A stretch of DNA of 64,000 nucleotides. It comes from Microcoleus sp. Its GTDB lineage: Bacteria > Cyanobacteriota > Cyanobacteriia > Cyanobacteriales > Microcoleaceae. This document shows positions 9,003 to 19,234 of this stretch, in pieces. The stretch spans positions 1,760,001 to 1,824,000 of the forward strand of contig CP181291.1 in NCBI GenBank assembly GCA_052279835.1, given 5' to 3'. The notes below the pieces were generated by a model. It made no database searches. It had not been told where the DNA came from and worked only from the letters and a program-made list of their open reading frames with translations. Position 1 is the stretch's first letter, and every line of letters begins with the position of its first letter. The position numbers and the translations under genes were made by a program.

Positions 9003-10502
9003 ATGCACAAACTTTTATATTTTGCAACTATAGGACTACTAGCTTTCTCGATCGGAGGCTGTGGTGACGGTGGGGGTGGCAACACAGCCAGCCCCAGCCC
9101 GACTCCTAGTGGAGCTTCTCCATCACCGTCAGCAGCAGCTAGCCCCACCCCAGGAACTCAGACTTTCCAGTCTCCAGTCGTAGCCGCTCAGCCTCCGGGC
9201 TTAATTCGATCGACCAACCCAGACCAACGGGCACAACAAAGTGCTACAGGGATTGGCGACAACAAGAGCCAGCCCAAAAACCCACCGGCCCCTGGTCAAC
9301 CCATACCGTCGGGAGCGTTGACACCAACTCCTGCTCAGATAGACCCCTTTGGTCCCCTGCCACCGATCGCAGTTCAAAACCCAGCCGGAGCTAATGTAGA
9401 AGTTGGTCAGATTGCGAATCCGTTCCCCAAACTGGCACAACGACAAGTTGCCCTGCTACCGAAACTACCAGACTCATCGCCTCCCCCCAGAATAGAGCCG
9501 ATCGCTCCAATTGTGAGTCGCAACAGTTCACCCAGGGGCGGTCAATCAGGCACTAGGACAGTCACAGGCTCCCAGACCGACCCTTCCCAATCAGGGGGCA
9601 ATGGGTCGCAAATTAGCTCGCCCCGCCAAATTCCGGGCCTCAATACTCCTCAATTTGGCAGTCGCCCTGGACAGCCCGGTTTGCCAGGGGGCAATGGGTC
9701 GCAAATTGGCTCCCCACGCCAAATTCCCGGCCTCAATACCCCTCAATTTGGCAGTCGCCCTGGACAGCCCGGTTTGCCAGGGGGCGAGGGGGCCCAAGTT
9801 GGCTCCCCCCGCCAAATTCCCGGCCTCAATACTCCTCAACTAGGAACTCGTCTAAATCCAGCAACCACTACCGGTAGGAATCCCCGCCGTCCAGCAACCC
9901 TGCGCGCGCCCCAGCCCATTGCAGCTACACCCCTAGGAGTGCCGAATCTGCCAGCACTGCCCGTAGACAAGCGCCCACCCCAGTGGAGAGCGCCCAATCC
10001 TATTGCCACCAGAGTTACTAGCACTCCTAGCCGTCCAGCACCCCCGCGCCCGCCCCAGCCGATTGCAGCTAGACCCCTAGGAGTGCCGAATCTGCCACCA
10101 TTACCAGTAGACAAGCGCCCACCCCAGTGGATCGACCCCAATCCACCTCCGGTGAAGCAAGTGCCTGCAATTCCTGCCCCTCCACCACCACCTTCTACTG
10201 ACCTCGCTACAGGCACAGAAGTCAGCGGGGTGGTCAAAGTTGGGAACGAGACGCAAGTGATTGTCAGAGTACCGAATGAACCAACCAGTCGATATGTCAA
10301 AGTCGGCCAGCGGTTGTCTAACGGGCAAGTGTTGGTGAAGCGGGTTGATGTCAAGTCAGGAGCAGATCCGATCGTGATTCTGGAGGAAAACGGCGTTGAG
10401 GTAGCCAAAGCAGTTGGGGAAAAACCCCCAAGTCGCGAACAAAAACCCGCCAATGCTGTTATTAGCAGTTTGCCAAATCCTAATAGAGCGACGGGACGCT
10501 AA
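9003..10502 (+). CDS. Proline-rich lipoprotein with internal repeats (PilP-like C-terminal domain possible)
   Basis: Lipobox-like ...SIGGC, a long Pro/Gly-rich linker, and a compact C-terminal beta domain GVVKVGNETQVIVRVPNEPTSRYVKVGQRL. Confidence 0.65.
   Translation: MHKLLYFATIGLLAFSIGGCGDGGGGNTASPSPTPSGASPSPSAAASPTPGTQTFQSPVVAAQPPGLIRSTNPDQRAQQSATGIGDNKSQPKNPPAPGQPIPSGALTPTPAQIDPFGPLPPIAVQNPAGANVEVGQIANPFPKLAQRQVALLPKLPDSSPPPRIEPIAPIVSRNSSPRGGQSGTRTVTGSQTDPSQSGGNGSQISSPRQIPGLNTPQFGSRPGQPGLPGGNGSQIGSPRQIPGLNTPQFGSRPGQPGLPGGEGAQVGSPRQIPGLNTPQLGTRLNPATTTGRNPRRPATLRAPQPIAATPLGVPNLPALPVDKRPPQWRAPNPIATRVTSTPSRPAPPRPPQPIAARPLGVPNLPPLPVDKRPPQWIDPNPPPVKQVPAIPAPPPPPSTDLATGTEVSGVVKVGNETQVIVRVPNEPTSRYVKVGQRLSNGQVLVKRVDVKSGADPIVILEENGVEVAKAVGEKPPSREQKPANAVISSLPNPNRATGR
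9593..9840 (+). repeat. Intragenic 93-bp tandem repeat (~2.7 copies)
   Basis: Unit GGNGSQISSPRQIPGLNTPQFGSRPGQPGLP (31 aa); ATGGG recurs at 9601 and 9694. Confidence 0.9.
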
Positions 10503-10730
10503 CAATTGACTGTAAAGTGTAAAAAATGCTAAAGGCAAAAACTTTCTTTTTTGCCTTTTTGCATTTAGGACTGATATCGAAGTTTGAAAGTAAAATCAAT
10601 ATAGAGTTAGCGCTGCTGAAAAATCACCATTAGGGGTAACAACAGGATTAACCAATACCAGACATTTCAGCAAGTCTTAGCTGCTCGAAAATCCCTATTA
10701 CTATTATTTTGAAGTCAAAGGAGATTTCTC

Positions 10731-11483
10731 ATGCTCGGTTCAATTCAAAAATTAGGGATCGTGATATTAGTTGCTTCTTACATCGGAGCTGCCACTAATC
10801 TCTTGAATCCCCAGCAGTCAATGGCTCAACCAAAACCAGAGGCAAAAAAAGAAGAAGGCAAACGCCCTCCCGTCTGTCAAGGCAATCCTCCTACAGGGAG
10901 AGTTAAATGTAATTATGAGGGAGCAGACAACTACGAGGGAGATTTCGTGAACGGTCTGCCCGATGGTACCGGAGTTTATGTCTATGCTAATGGCGATCGC
11001 TACGAAGGACAATTTCGGAATGGAGTACCCAATGGCAGAGGGACATTTATTTTTAAAGATGATGGCCGTTACACAGGCATCTTCCAAGACGGCACGATGA
11101 GGTCTGGGACGGTGGTTTTTCCCAATGGGGAGCGCTACGTCGGAGAGTTCGGAGTTGTCAGAAATGTTCAAACTAATGTGATTAGCAGCCAACCTGCGGG
11201 CAGGGGTCAATTTTTTTATGCTAATGGCGATCGCTATGAAGGACTATTCTTTGCTGGCGCGCCCTTTGGACCTGGGGTATTGGTGCGGGCAGACGGCACT
11301 CGCTGTTCTGGCCGGTTTTTCAATCTCGCACTAGATGCTTCTGTTAGTTGCTCTTTTCCCAACGGTACGCGCTATGAAGGAGAATTGCGCAAGGGAGTAC
11401 CTCACGGTGTCGGGACGATGATTGATGCTAGCGGTAGGCGCTTTCCGGGGGTATTTCGCAACGGCAAACCGGGATTGTCCTAA
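10731..11483 (+). CDS. Secreted MORN-repeat protein
   Basis: Repeated YEGxFxNGxPxGxGxY motifs after a signal peptide. Confidence 0.9.
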   Translation: MLGSIQKLGIVILVASYIGAATNLLNPQQSMAQPKPEAKKEEGKRPPVCQGNPPTGRVKCNYEGADNYEGDFVNGLPDGTGVYVYANGDRYEGQFRNGVPNGRGTFIFKDDGRYTGIFQDGTMRSGTVVFPNGERYVGEFGVVRNVQTNVISSQPAGRGQFFYANGDRYEGLFFAGAPFGPGVLVRADGTRCSGRFFNLALDASVSCSFPNGTRYEGELRKGVPHGVGTMIDASGRRFPGVFRNGKPGLS

Positions 11484-11537
11484 ATCATAAATAGAGGTTT
11501 AAAGGCAAGTTTTGACTAGAAATCGGACAAACGACAA

Positions 11538-12299
11538 ATGACAAAGCACAATAATATCCAGAATCGCATAGGAGAAACTTGGTTAATGATTTCCCCTGTT
11601 AAAATCAGTCGAATCGGTCTATTAGTTGCATCCGTTTGGGGAATTGGTAGTTACGCGATTTATCCCTTGCCATCAATGGCGCAAGGAACAGAAGCTAGAA
11701 GTGGTCGCTGTGTCCCTGCGATCGCTACAGGTAGAGTTAGGTGCGATTACGACAGTGGCGACAGCTACATCGGAGACTTTGTTAACGGTTTGCCCGGTGG
11801 CAGCGGGGTATACATCTACTCCAGCGGCGATCGCTATGAGGGGCAGTTTCGCCTTGGTCAGCCAAACGGTCGAGGACAATTTATCTTTAAGGATGATGCC
11901 CGCGTTGAGGGTATATTCCGAGATGGCAAAATTAGCACTGGAACAGCTCTGTTTACTAACGGCGATCGCTATATAGGACCGTTTTCTCTGGATTGGAAAG
12001 TGGGTACGCCGACTGGACAGGGGCAATTCATTTTTGCTAATGGCGATCGATTTGTCGGTCAATTTTTCGGGGGTAAACCTTTAGGTGCCGGGGTGTTCAC
12101 CCGCGCCGACGGTACCCGGTGTTCGGGACAATTTTTTAATCAAGAACTCGATGCTAGGGGTAGTTGTGCGTTCTCCAATGGTATCCGCTATGAGGGAGAA
12201 TTTCGCAAGGGATTACCTCACGGTAAAGGCACAATTATTGATACCCGTGGCAAGCGCTTTCCGGGAGTATTCAAGGAGGGCAAGCGGGTCGAGCGATAA
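11538..12299 (+). CDS. Secreted MORN-repeat protein (tandem paralogue)
   Basis: Same MORN motifs and Cys pattern as 10731-11483. Confidence 0.9.
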   Translation: MTKHNNIQNRIGETWLMISPVKISRIGLLVASVWGIGSYAIYPLPSMAQGTEARSGRCVPAIATGRVRCDYDSGDSYIGDFVNGLPGGSGVYIYSSGDRYEGQFRLGQPNGRGQFIFKDDARVEGIFRDGKISTGTALFTNGDRYIGPFSLDWKVGTPTGQGQFIFANGDRFVGQFFGGKPLGAGVFTRADGTRCSGQFFNQELDARGSCAFSNGIRYEGEFRKGLPHGKGTIIDTRGKRFPGVFKEGKRVER

Positions 12300-12502
12300 A
12301 ATGGCAATAAGTGCTATTGACCGCTATTAAGTAAGTCCACTGCCCAATAGATCCAGATCCCTGACTTCTTTAAGAAGTCGGGGAAATCGCATAAAATTGT
12401 TAGTTTTCAATGGGCTCGGATTGACTCCTAACTCAGGCAACTTCGTCGCCAATCTTTCGGCTCCTTGTTCAAATTTATTCTTTCTTCTTTAACCGAGTTC
12501 CT

Positions 12503-13603
12503 ATGTCAATCAAAAAAATCATTTCCCTAGCATTGTTAATTTTTGTCCCCATTTCCATCCTCTCTGAGTATCTGCACTGGGGTTCCCTCACAGTTTGTAT
12601 CACATCCGCTTTAGGTATCGTACCTCTGGCGATTTGGTTGAGCACTGCTACAGAAGAAGTGGCGATCGTCACTGGACCATCCATCGGCGGCTTACTAAAT
12701 GCAATCTTCGGCAATGCTACAGAATTAATTATTGCCATAGTCGCCCTAAAAGCGGGATTAATTGACATTGTGAAAGCCAGCATTACTGGCTCAATTATCA
12801 GCAACTTGCTCTTAGTCATGGGACTTTCGATGCTGCTAGGAGGAATCCGCTACAAAGAACAGGAATTTAAACCGATCGTAGCCCGCGTTAACGGTTCCAC
12901 CATGACTCTGGCAGTCATTGCAATTCTGCTGCCGACAATGGTAATTTACACATCAAATGGAGTTGCACCCTCAGCCATTGAAAATCTTTCTCTGATCGCT
13001 GCGATCGTCCTAATTGCAGTTTACGCTCTAACTCTGCTATTTTCATTAAAAACTCACAGCTATCTTTACGATATTGGTTTAGTAGAATTAGAGTCAAACA
13101 ACTCTCAAAATACTAAAGAAGAGTCTACTACACACAAGCCTAATTTGTGGCTGTGGATAGGAGTATTAGTTATATCAACCGTTGGTGTTGCTTTTGAATC
13201 CGAAATCTTTGTGGGAGTAGTGGAAGAAACTACCAAAGGATTGGGATTGACACCACTGTTTACAGGCGTGATTTTGTTGCCGATTGTGGGTGGCGCTGCG
13301 GAATATGTAACAGCGGTGGGAGTAGCACTGAAAAACAATATGGATTTATCGGTTTCTGTGGCGATGGGTTCGAGTTTATTAGTTGCTTTGTTGGTAGCAC
13401 CAGTTTTGGTGATTATCGGATTTGTAATTCATCAGCCAATGGATTTGAACTTTAATCCTTTTGAAGTAGTGGCAGTGGCTATAGCCGTGACTATTGCGAA
13501 TCTAATTAGTCTCGATGGGCGCTCTAATTGGCTCGAAGGAGTGCTGCTGTTAGCAACCTATACTTTGTTAGGAGCAGCATTTTACTTTCATCCCATTACT
13601 TGA
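12503..13603 (+). CDS. cax: Ca2+/H+ antiporter (CAX family)
   Basis: GGLLNAIFGNATE, GSIISNLLL and AMGSS motifs; multi-TM protein. Confidence 0.93.
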   Translation: MSIKKIISLALLIFVPISILSEYLHWGSLTVCITSALGIVPLAIWLSTATEEVAIVTGPSIGGLLNAIFGNATELIIAIVALKAGLIDIVKASITGSIISNLLLVMGLSMLLGGIRYKEQEFKPIVARVNGSTMTLAVIAILLPTMVIYTSNGVAPSAIENLSLIAAIVLIAVYALTLLFSLKTHSYLYDIGLVELESNNSQNTKEESTTHKPNLWLWIGVLVISTVGVAFESEIFVGVVEETTKGLGLTPLFTGVILLPIVGGAAEYVTAVGVALKNNMDLSVSVAMGSSLLVALLVAPVLVIIGFVIHQPMDLNFNPFEVVAVAIAVTIANLISLDGRSNWLEGVLLLATYTLLGAAFYFHPIT

Positions 13604-13874
13604 ACTAAGTAAGTCCACTTAATTAAACGTAAGATACAGGTGGCTAAAAAGCTTGCTGTATGAGCCTTCTTCACATCGATCTTCTTCCTGAATTTCCCCC
13701 CTTGGGGGGGGCAGGGGGGGGTGACTTCTTCCTTCTACTTAACAACTTTTTTGGGAGGGGGAATCCCCCGTGGTTCCCCCTTTTCCCTGGAACATAACCG
13801 ATCTTGTTTGTGGTTTGTGATTCCTATTTGTTTTCTGCCCTTAATTTAGAAAACAATTTTATGCCACAAAGTAA

Positions 13875-14519
13875 TTACGGACAACGACACTCTTGAACAG
13901 GAAAACACTCTCGTCTGCAAATTCTGTTTCTGCCTTTACTGTCGCGACAATCAGAAGTATCCCGACATTCTACCTTATTATCACAAATTCGCTGACGCGG
14001 AAAAATCCCTAAGTTTTGTATAGAAACTTCAGCGGTAAGCGTACCCTGTTCTATAACCTGACTATTTTCTTTAATTTCATAGATAAATTTGTTTTCTCCC
14101 TCTAAAACCGAAAAAGTCTTTGTTTTGTGACTGTTACCCAACTTAAATCCAAAATCCTCGGAAAATTCACCTTGGTCATAACCTCTGTCTGTGTATGGAT
14201 AGGGGTTAGTTTCCATCCCATCAGTCACATTTTTAATCATCACCCTTCTGTTAGGGCCGGGGGGAGTCTTGCTGGAAACAAATCGAGCGCTTTGCGAATC
14301 TGGGGAGAAGACAGTACCAGTACACTCGCCTACATATTCAATGCGCTTAAATTGAATCAGATTAATATTAAAACTGTTTTCGTTTTTGACCCTAAATTTT
14401 GCTTCGCTAGTCTGCTGGGCGCTGACTGTGAAAGCTGCTATCATCAAAAAAAAAGCCGCAACTAAAATAGCTAGGAATTTGATTTGTGGCTTCCCCGTAA
14501 CAAATTGGGCGTATTTCAT
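13875..14519 (-). CDS. Secreted hypothetical protein with Cys-rich C-terminus
   Basis: Signal peptide ending ...TVSA-QQ; 7 Cys in the last ~35 aa. Confidence 0.7.
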   Translation of the reverse strand: MKYAQFVTGKPQIKFLAILVAAFFLMIAAFTVSAQQTSEAKFRVKNENSFNINLIQFKRIEYVGECTGTVFSPDSQSARFVSSKTPPGPNRRVMIKNVTDGMETNPYPYTDRGYDQGEFSEDFGFKLGNSHKTKTFSVLEGENKFIYEIKENSQVIEQGTLTAEVSIQNLGIFPRQRICDNKVECRDTSDCRDSKGRNRICRRECFPVQECRCP

Positions 14520-14712
14520 CTATCTCTACCTCTAATGTGAATAGATAGCATTTTGTTTAGGATTTATTTTAACTTGAGAGCTGATTTGTTGTCAAAGTAG
14601 GTTCAATAGGTTTCTAGTGAGGACTTGAGTCTTTGATGCTGGGTTGCGAAAGGAAGGATGGAATTTCTGACTGGGAACTTTGTCAGGAATGAAGTCCTGA
14701 GTACAAACTTAA

Positions 14713-16398
14713 TTACCAAGTTACTCGATCGCGCCATCTCTCTAAAAGCTTCTCCCCAATGCCCTGCACCCGCGCCACGTCGTCCACAGATGTGAAAGGT
14801 TGCTGTTGCCGCGCTGCCATAATCCTTTCGGCTAACTTTGGCCCAACTCCAGGCAAAGTCTCCAATTCTGCCTGACTCGCGGTATTCAAATTAATTAATT
14901 TTTTACCAGCAGCAATTGGAAGTTTGGCTGCCACATTTCCCGCCACCACTGTTGAAGATTTGGATGCTAATGGTACTGATTCGCACTCTTTTTTCCTAGC
15001 ATCAATTCTCTGCTTGATTCGAGGCGGAATTCCCAAAATTGCCCCTTTGTAAAGCCGATCGAACTCCCGCTCAAAATGGGCTGCAACTACCGGATTGTCG
15101 ATCGCCAATAGTGTCTCATCATTCCCATGATTTGCCGCCTCACTCCAGTTATGAGAGCCTGTAATCACGATACTTCCATCTACAACCCCAAATTTGTGGT
15201 GCAGGCGATCGCCCTTTGGTAACACGGGCACTCCCACCGTAGTTAGGGGTTGTTTCCAGGGGCGATTGTCTGCTTCCAACTGGCAATGTTCAATCAAAGT
15301 CGCCCCCATCATATCCAAACCTTCACTGTAAGGGCGATAAATAAAATTAGAGTCAATTAAAGCTCGCACTGCAACTCCCCGCCTCGCCTCAATTTCCAGA
15401 GTATTTGCTAACCGCTGAGCCGAAAAAACAAACAGTGCCAAATTCACTGAGTTTTTGGCACGTCCCAAAGTTTTATTAATCAAACTGTTAACACTTTTTT
15501 CCCATGGTAATGTCTTGGAAGTCGGCGAAAATTGCACCGCCACAGTCCCATTCCCTACTCGGATTTTTTGTACTTGACGAAAGGGCTTTTTAACGCCAAA
15601 TTTACTGTCTGGTTTGCCTCCTGGTCCATCGCCCCACATGATGTTAAATTCTTGAGTAAATATTTGTGCTAATTCAGGATTTTTAATTTTTAATAAATTG
15701 TTAGCGTTGCCGCGACTTTCTGCTGTTTTGAAATCACCATGTACATCGCTAGTTGTAAAATTAGCCGAAGTTACAATCACGGTTTTATTATCTATAATTA
15801 CAAATTTATGGTGCATCAAGCCGCTACCTTTAGAACCGTCAGCCCTATCATCTATTAAAGGAATAGCTGCATTTTTGAGAATTAGCAAAGCATCATTTTT
15901 CTGGATTTCCTCGGCACTCAATTTCCCGTCTTTATTAGTATCTGCAAGTTGGACGAATTCCTGGTAGCGATCGCGCTCTCTTTCTGGTAATTTTCCTAAC
16001 TCCGACGCGGAAAAATCGCTCCAAGGGCGACTATAGATATGTTCGACAATCAATCTCACTTTGATCCCAGAACGTTGGCGATCGGCTAAAACTCGCGCTA
16101 TACCGGGCAAGCGAAACTCCTGCACCGCTACGTCTACCGTCGATTCAGCAGTGGCGATCGCCTCCATGACCAACTTTTCCAAATCATCTCCAGGTCTAGT
16201 TTGCAGACGATAAGGCTCTGTATAAGTGGAAGTGAGTGACTGATTGAAGTATACTTGCAACAAAGGGTCTTGAGGCAAAGGAGTCAGACTGGGAGATGAT
16301 TTAGGCAACTCTTGCTCTCGTTGTCCACAAGCAGCCAGACCGATTGTCAGTAACAAAAGCGAGCACAAACGCGGTAAATTATAAAAAAGTTTATCCAC
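14713..16398 (-). CDS. comA: Phospholipase D-like nuclease with C-terminal ComEA HhH domain (cyanobacterial ComA-type competence lipoprotein)
   Basis: Lipobox LAAC, two HKD motifs (MHHKFVIID, LHHKFGVVD), and INLNTASQAELETLPGVGPKLA. Confidence 0.8.
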   Translation of the reverse strand: MDKLFYNLPRLCSLLLLTIGLAACGQREQELPKSSPSLTPLPQDPLLQVYFNQSLTSTYTEPYRLQTRPGDDLEKLVMEAIATAESTVDVAVQEFRLPGIARVLADRQRSGIKVRLIVEHIYSRPWSDFSASELGKLPERERDRYQEFVQLADTNKDGKLSAEEIQKNDALLILKNAAIPLIDDRADGSKGSGLMHHKFVIIDNKTVIVTSANFTTSDVHGDFKTAESRGNANNLLKIKNPELAQIFTQEFNIMWGDGPGGKPDSKFGVKKPFRQVQKIRVGNGTVAVQFSPTSKTLPWEKSVNSLINKTLGRAKNSVNLALFVFSAQRLANTLEIEARRGVAVRALIDSNFIYRPYSEGLDMMGATLIEHCQLEADNRPWKQPLTTVGVPVLPKGDRLHHKFGVVDGSIVITGSHNWSEAANHGNDETLLAIDNPVVAAHFEREFDRLYKGAILGIPPRIKQRIDARKKECESVPLASKSSTVVAGNVAAKLPIAAGKKLINLNTASQAELETLPGVGPKLAERIMAARQQQPFTSVDDVARVQGIGEKLLERWRDRVTW

Positions 16399-16589
16399 AA
16401 AAGTTTAAAAAATCTTGAGGTTATTTATCAGCTTACCGTTCAAATATATTCGATAATGTATGGTTAGAACCTATTAAATTTATGAAAGGGAATAGATTAT
16501 ACGTCTTTTAAGACTGCCTCGATGCCGGAAGCATCACTGGTAGGGTAGCAGCATTCAGGGGCGTGGATCGAACCCGATACTGCTGCTTT

Positions 16590-16991
16590 ATGGCTAAAAG
16601 AAAAACACTTTTTCCGTGCGGTCACAAAGGATATGGTAAAGCGTGTCATCGCTGTACGCAAGAGTTTGCAGCACAGCAGCAGTGCGTCCAACTGCGGGCG
16701 GAAAAACAAACCAAAAAACAGGAAAGGGAGGCTTCATTTGCCAGAGATATCATCGATCTCAGAGGTCTGCCAGATCATGTAGTTACTAAAGCACGAGCAA
16801 TTATAGCAGCTTTGGGTGAAAATAAAAATTACAGAGATTTTGGTGGCAAACGCCTGCGTCACAATCGTTTGATCGTGAGTATTCCTGTAACGCGCAACTA
16901 CAGAATGCTCTGCGAAGATTGTGGGACGTTCTTGATTCCCCAAAAAGTTTTGTCCCACGAAGACTATAATGTTTGTAAACCGGGAAGTTAG
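16590..16991 (+). CDS. Zn-ribbon-like N-terminus plus RelE/ParE-like domain protein
   Basis: CGHKGYGKACHRC at the N-terminus; C-terminal GGKRL...VSIPVTRNYRMLC...VLSHEDYN resembles the RelE/ParE fold. ATG at 16590. Confidence 0.55.
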   Translation: MAKRKTLFPCGHKGYGKACHRCTQEFAAQQQCVQLRAEKQTKKQEREASFARDIIDLRGLPDHVVTKARAIIAALGENKNYRDFGGKRLRHNRLIVSIPVTRNYRMLCEDCGTFLIPQKVLSHEDYNVCKPGS

Positions 16992-16993
16992 TT

Positions 16994-17053
16994 AAATAAC
17001 CAACACAAAATAAAAAATAACAAATAACCAATAACAAATAACCAATAACTAAC
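16994..17053 (+). repeat. STRR-type heptamer tandem repeat (AATAACN)
   Basis: ...aataacaaataaccaataacaaataaccaataac... Confidence 0.7.
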
Positions 17054-17065
17054 CTATTTAAAGCC

Positions 17066-18235
17066 ATGCAAATTTATCTCGACTATAGCGCCACGACTCC
17101 CACACGCCCAGAATCAATTGATGCGATGCAAAAAGCTATTTCTCAACAGTGGGGAAATCCTTCGAGTTTGCACGAGTGGGGACAAAGAGCCGCCACAGCT
17201 TTGGAATTAGCCCGAATGCAGGTAGCTAGCCTGATTAACGCTCTCCCAGAATCGATGATTTTTACTTCAGGTGGTACTGAATCTGACAACTTAGCCATCC
17301 TGGGAATTGCGCGTCTTTATACTACGCCACAGCACATAATTATCTCTAGCGTAGAGCATTCAGCAGTATCAGAAACCGCGCTACAACTTGAACAGTGGGG
17401 ATGGGAAGTGACTCGCCTACAGGTGGATAAACTTGGGCGAGTTCACCCTTGGGATTTGCAGCAGTCAGTGCGATCGAATACAGTGTTAATTTCCATTATT
17501 TACGGACAAAGCGAAGTTGGCACGCTGCAACCAATTGAAGCATTAGGAAAGATCGCCCGCGATCGCGATATCCTGTTTCATACCGATGCAGTTCAAGTTG
17601 CTGGCAGATTACCCATCGATGTCCAGAAACTTCCCGTAGACTTGCTTTCCCTTTCCAGTCACAAGCTGTATGGGCCCCAAGGTGCGGGGGCGCTTTACGT
17701 GCGTCCTGGTATAAAATTAGCGCCAATCTTGACTGGTGGTGGCCAAGAGTTGAAACTGCGTTCCGGGACGCAAGCAGTGCCGATAATTGTGGGTTTTGGG
17801 GTGGCGGCGGAATTGGCATCCCAGGAGATGGATGGGGAAACTGCAAGATTAATTGAATTGCGCGATCGCCTTTTTGACGGATTAGCCCACGTACCTAGTT
17901 TAGTACCAACTGGCGATCGATACTGTAGACTGCCACACCACGTCAGTTTTTGCATTGTTTCTCCTGACTGTAACCCAGAGAAAGTGACAGGAAAAACTTT
18001 AGTAAGACAGCTAAATTTAGCCGGAATTGGCATTAGTTCTGGTTCTGCTTGTAACAGCGGAAAACTGACTCCGAGTTCAATCTTATTGGCAATGGGATAT
18101 AGCAAAACCATGGCTATTGGCGGCATTCGGTTGAGTCTGGGACGGGAAACAACGGAAGCTGATATTGATTGGACTGCCAAGGCGATCGAGCAAATTTTGG
18201 AGAGATTAATTCCCAAGGTAGCATTATGTAAATAA
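17066..18235 (+). CDS. iscS: Cysteine desulfurase (IscS/NifS family)
   Basis: IYLDYSATT, GNPSS, HTDAVQ, SSHKLYGPQG and SSGSAC motifs. Confidence 0.9.
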   Translation: MQIYLDYSATTPTRPESIDAMQKAISQQWGNPSSLHEWGQRAATALELARMQVASLINALPESMIFTSGGTESDNLAILGIARLYTTPQHIIISSVEHSAVSETALQLEQWGWEVTRLQVDKLGRVHPWDLQQSVRSNTVLISIIYGQSEVGTLQPIEALGKIARDRDILFHTDAVQVAGRLPIDVQKLPVDLLSLSSHKLYGPQGAGALYVRPGIKLAPILTGGGQELKLRSGTQAVPIIVGFGVAAELASQEMDGETARLIELRDRLFDGLAHVPSLVPTGDRYCRLPHHVSFCIVSPDCNPEKVTGKTLVRQLNLAGIGISSGSACNSGKLTPSSILLAMGYSKTMAIGGIRLSLGRETTEADIDWTAKAIEQILERLIPKVALCK

Positions 18236-18304
18236 GCTACCAATGACGTTGAAATCGTTTACAATGCTATCTATATTATTACCAGCCAATTTGGGGAAAC
18301 AGCA

Positions 18305-19063
18305 ATGGTTACACAACTGCAATCTCCCGACAAATCAAATATAATCTACCCCGACGATAACGGAGAACCCATGTCAGACAATACTGAGCAATTTCGATTG
18401 ATCGTCTGGATCAAGGAAAATTCAGAACTATTGTTTGCTAATGACCCAAATGTTTTTGTGGCCGGCGACTTGCTTTGGTATGCCGTTGAAGGAAATAATA
18501 AACTTTGCCAAGCACCCGATGTGATGGTAGTTTTTGGTAGACCAAAAGGATATCGAGGTTCTTACCAACAATGGAAAGAAGATGGCATTGCGCCGCAAGT
18601 CGTGTTTGAAATTTGGTCGCCTGGAAATCGGCCTGCTCCGATGATTCAAAAGTTCAAATTTTACGAACGTTATGGTGTGGAAGAATACTATTTGTACGAC
18701 CCACAAAGCTTAGAATTGACAGGATGGCAACGTCAACAAGAACAATTAGAAGCGATCGAACAAATAGACGGTTGGATCAGTCCCAGACTGGGCGTCCGGT
18801 TCCAGTTATCGGACAAGGGACTCGAAATGTTTGACCCGTCTGGAGAAGCGTTTATGAGTTTTGTGGAACTGGCTCAATTGCGGCGAGAAGCCCAAGCACG
18901 GGCTATCGAAGCAGAGCAACTGCGACAGCAAGCAGAGCAACTGCGACAGCAAGCAGAGCAACGCGCCACTGAGACAGAAGCTTTGTTGGAACAAGAACGA
19001 TCGCGATCGCAAGCTTTAGAATCAAGACTCCGAGAAATGGGAATCGATCCAAATCAATTGTAA
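18305..19063 (+). CDS. Uma2-family (DUF820) endonuclease-like protein with coiled-coil tail
   Basis: APDVMVVFG, PQVVFEIWSPGN and YERYGVEEYYLYDP; 21-bp tandem repeat encoding AEQLRQQ. Confidence 0.9.
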   Translation: MVTQLQSPDKSNIIYPDDNGEPMSDNTEQFRLIVWIKENSELLFANDPNVFVAGDLLWYAVEGNNKLCQAPDVMVVFGRPKGYRGSYQQWKEDGIAPQVVFEIWSPGNRPAPMIQKFKFYERYGVEEYYLYDPQSLELTGWQRQQEQLEAIEQIDGWISPRLGVRFQLSDKGLEMFDPSGEAFMSFVELAQLRREAQARAIEAEQLRQQAEQLRQQAEQRATETEALLEQERSRSQALESRLREMGIDPNQL

Positions 19064-19115
19064 TAGATGATGGGGCGATTTCAATCGCCGACTCCATTCT
19101 TTCTACACATAACCA

Positions 19116-19180
19116 AAGAAACCGGGTTTTTTCCAGAATTTTCGCCTGTAACCAAGTCTGTCGCAAAAACCCGGTTTCTC
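19116..19180. repeat. GAAACCGGGTTTT...AAAACCCGGTTTC dispersed inverted repeat
   Basis: Inverted arms flank a ~30-bp spacer. Confidence 0.6.
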
Positions 19181-19234
19181 GTCACCGACCAATCATGATA
19201 AAATACATTCCGGTGTTATTGACAACTCCCCACA

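Noticed and set aside
8725..9027. 100-aa minus-strand ORF
   Set aside because: Overlaps the start and promoter region of the lipoprotein gene and has no recognisable similarity. A shorter version cannot be excluded.
18305..19063. Uma2 protein as part of a defence system
   Set aside because: Highly expanded stand-alone family in cyanobacteria; no partner genes here.
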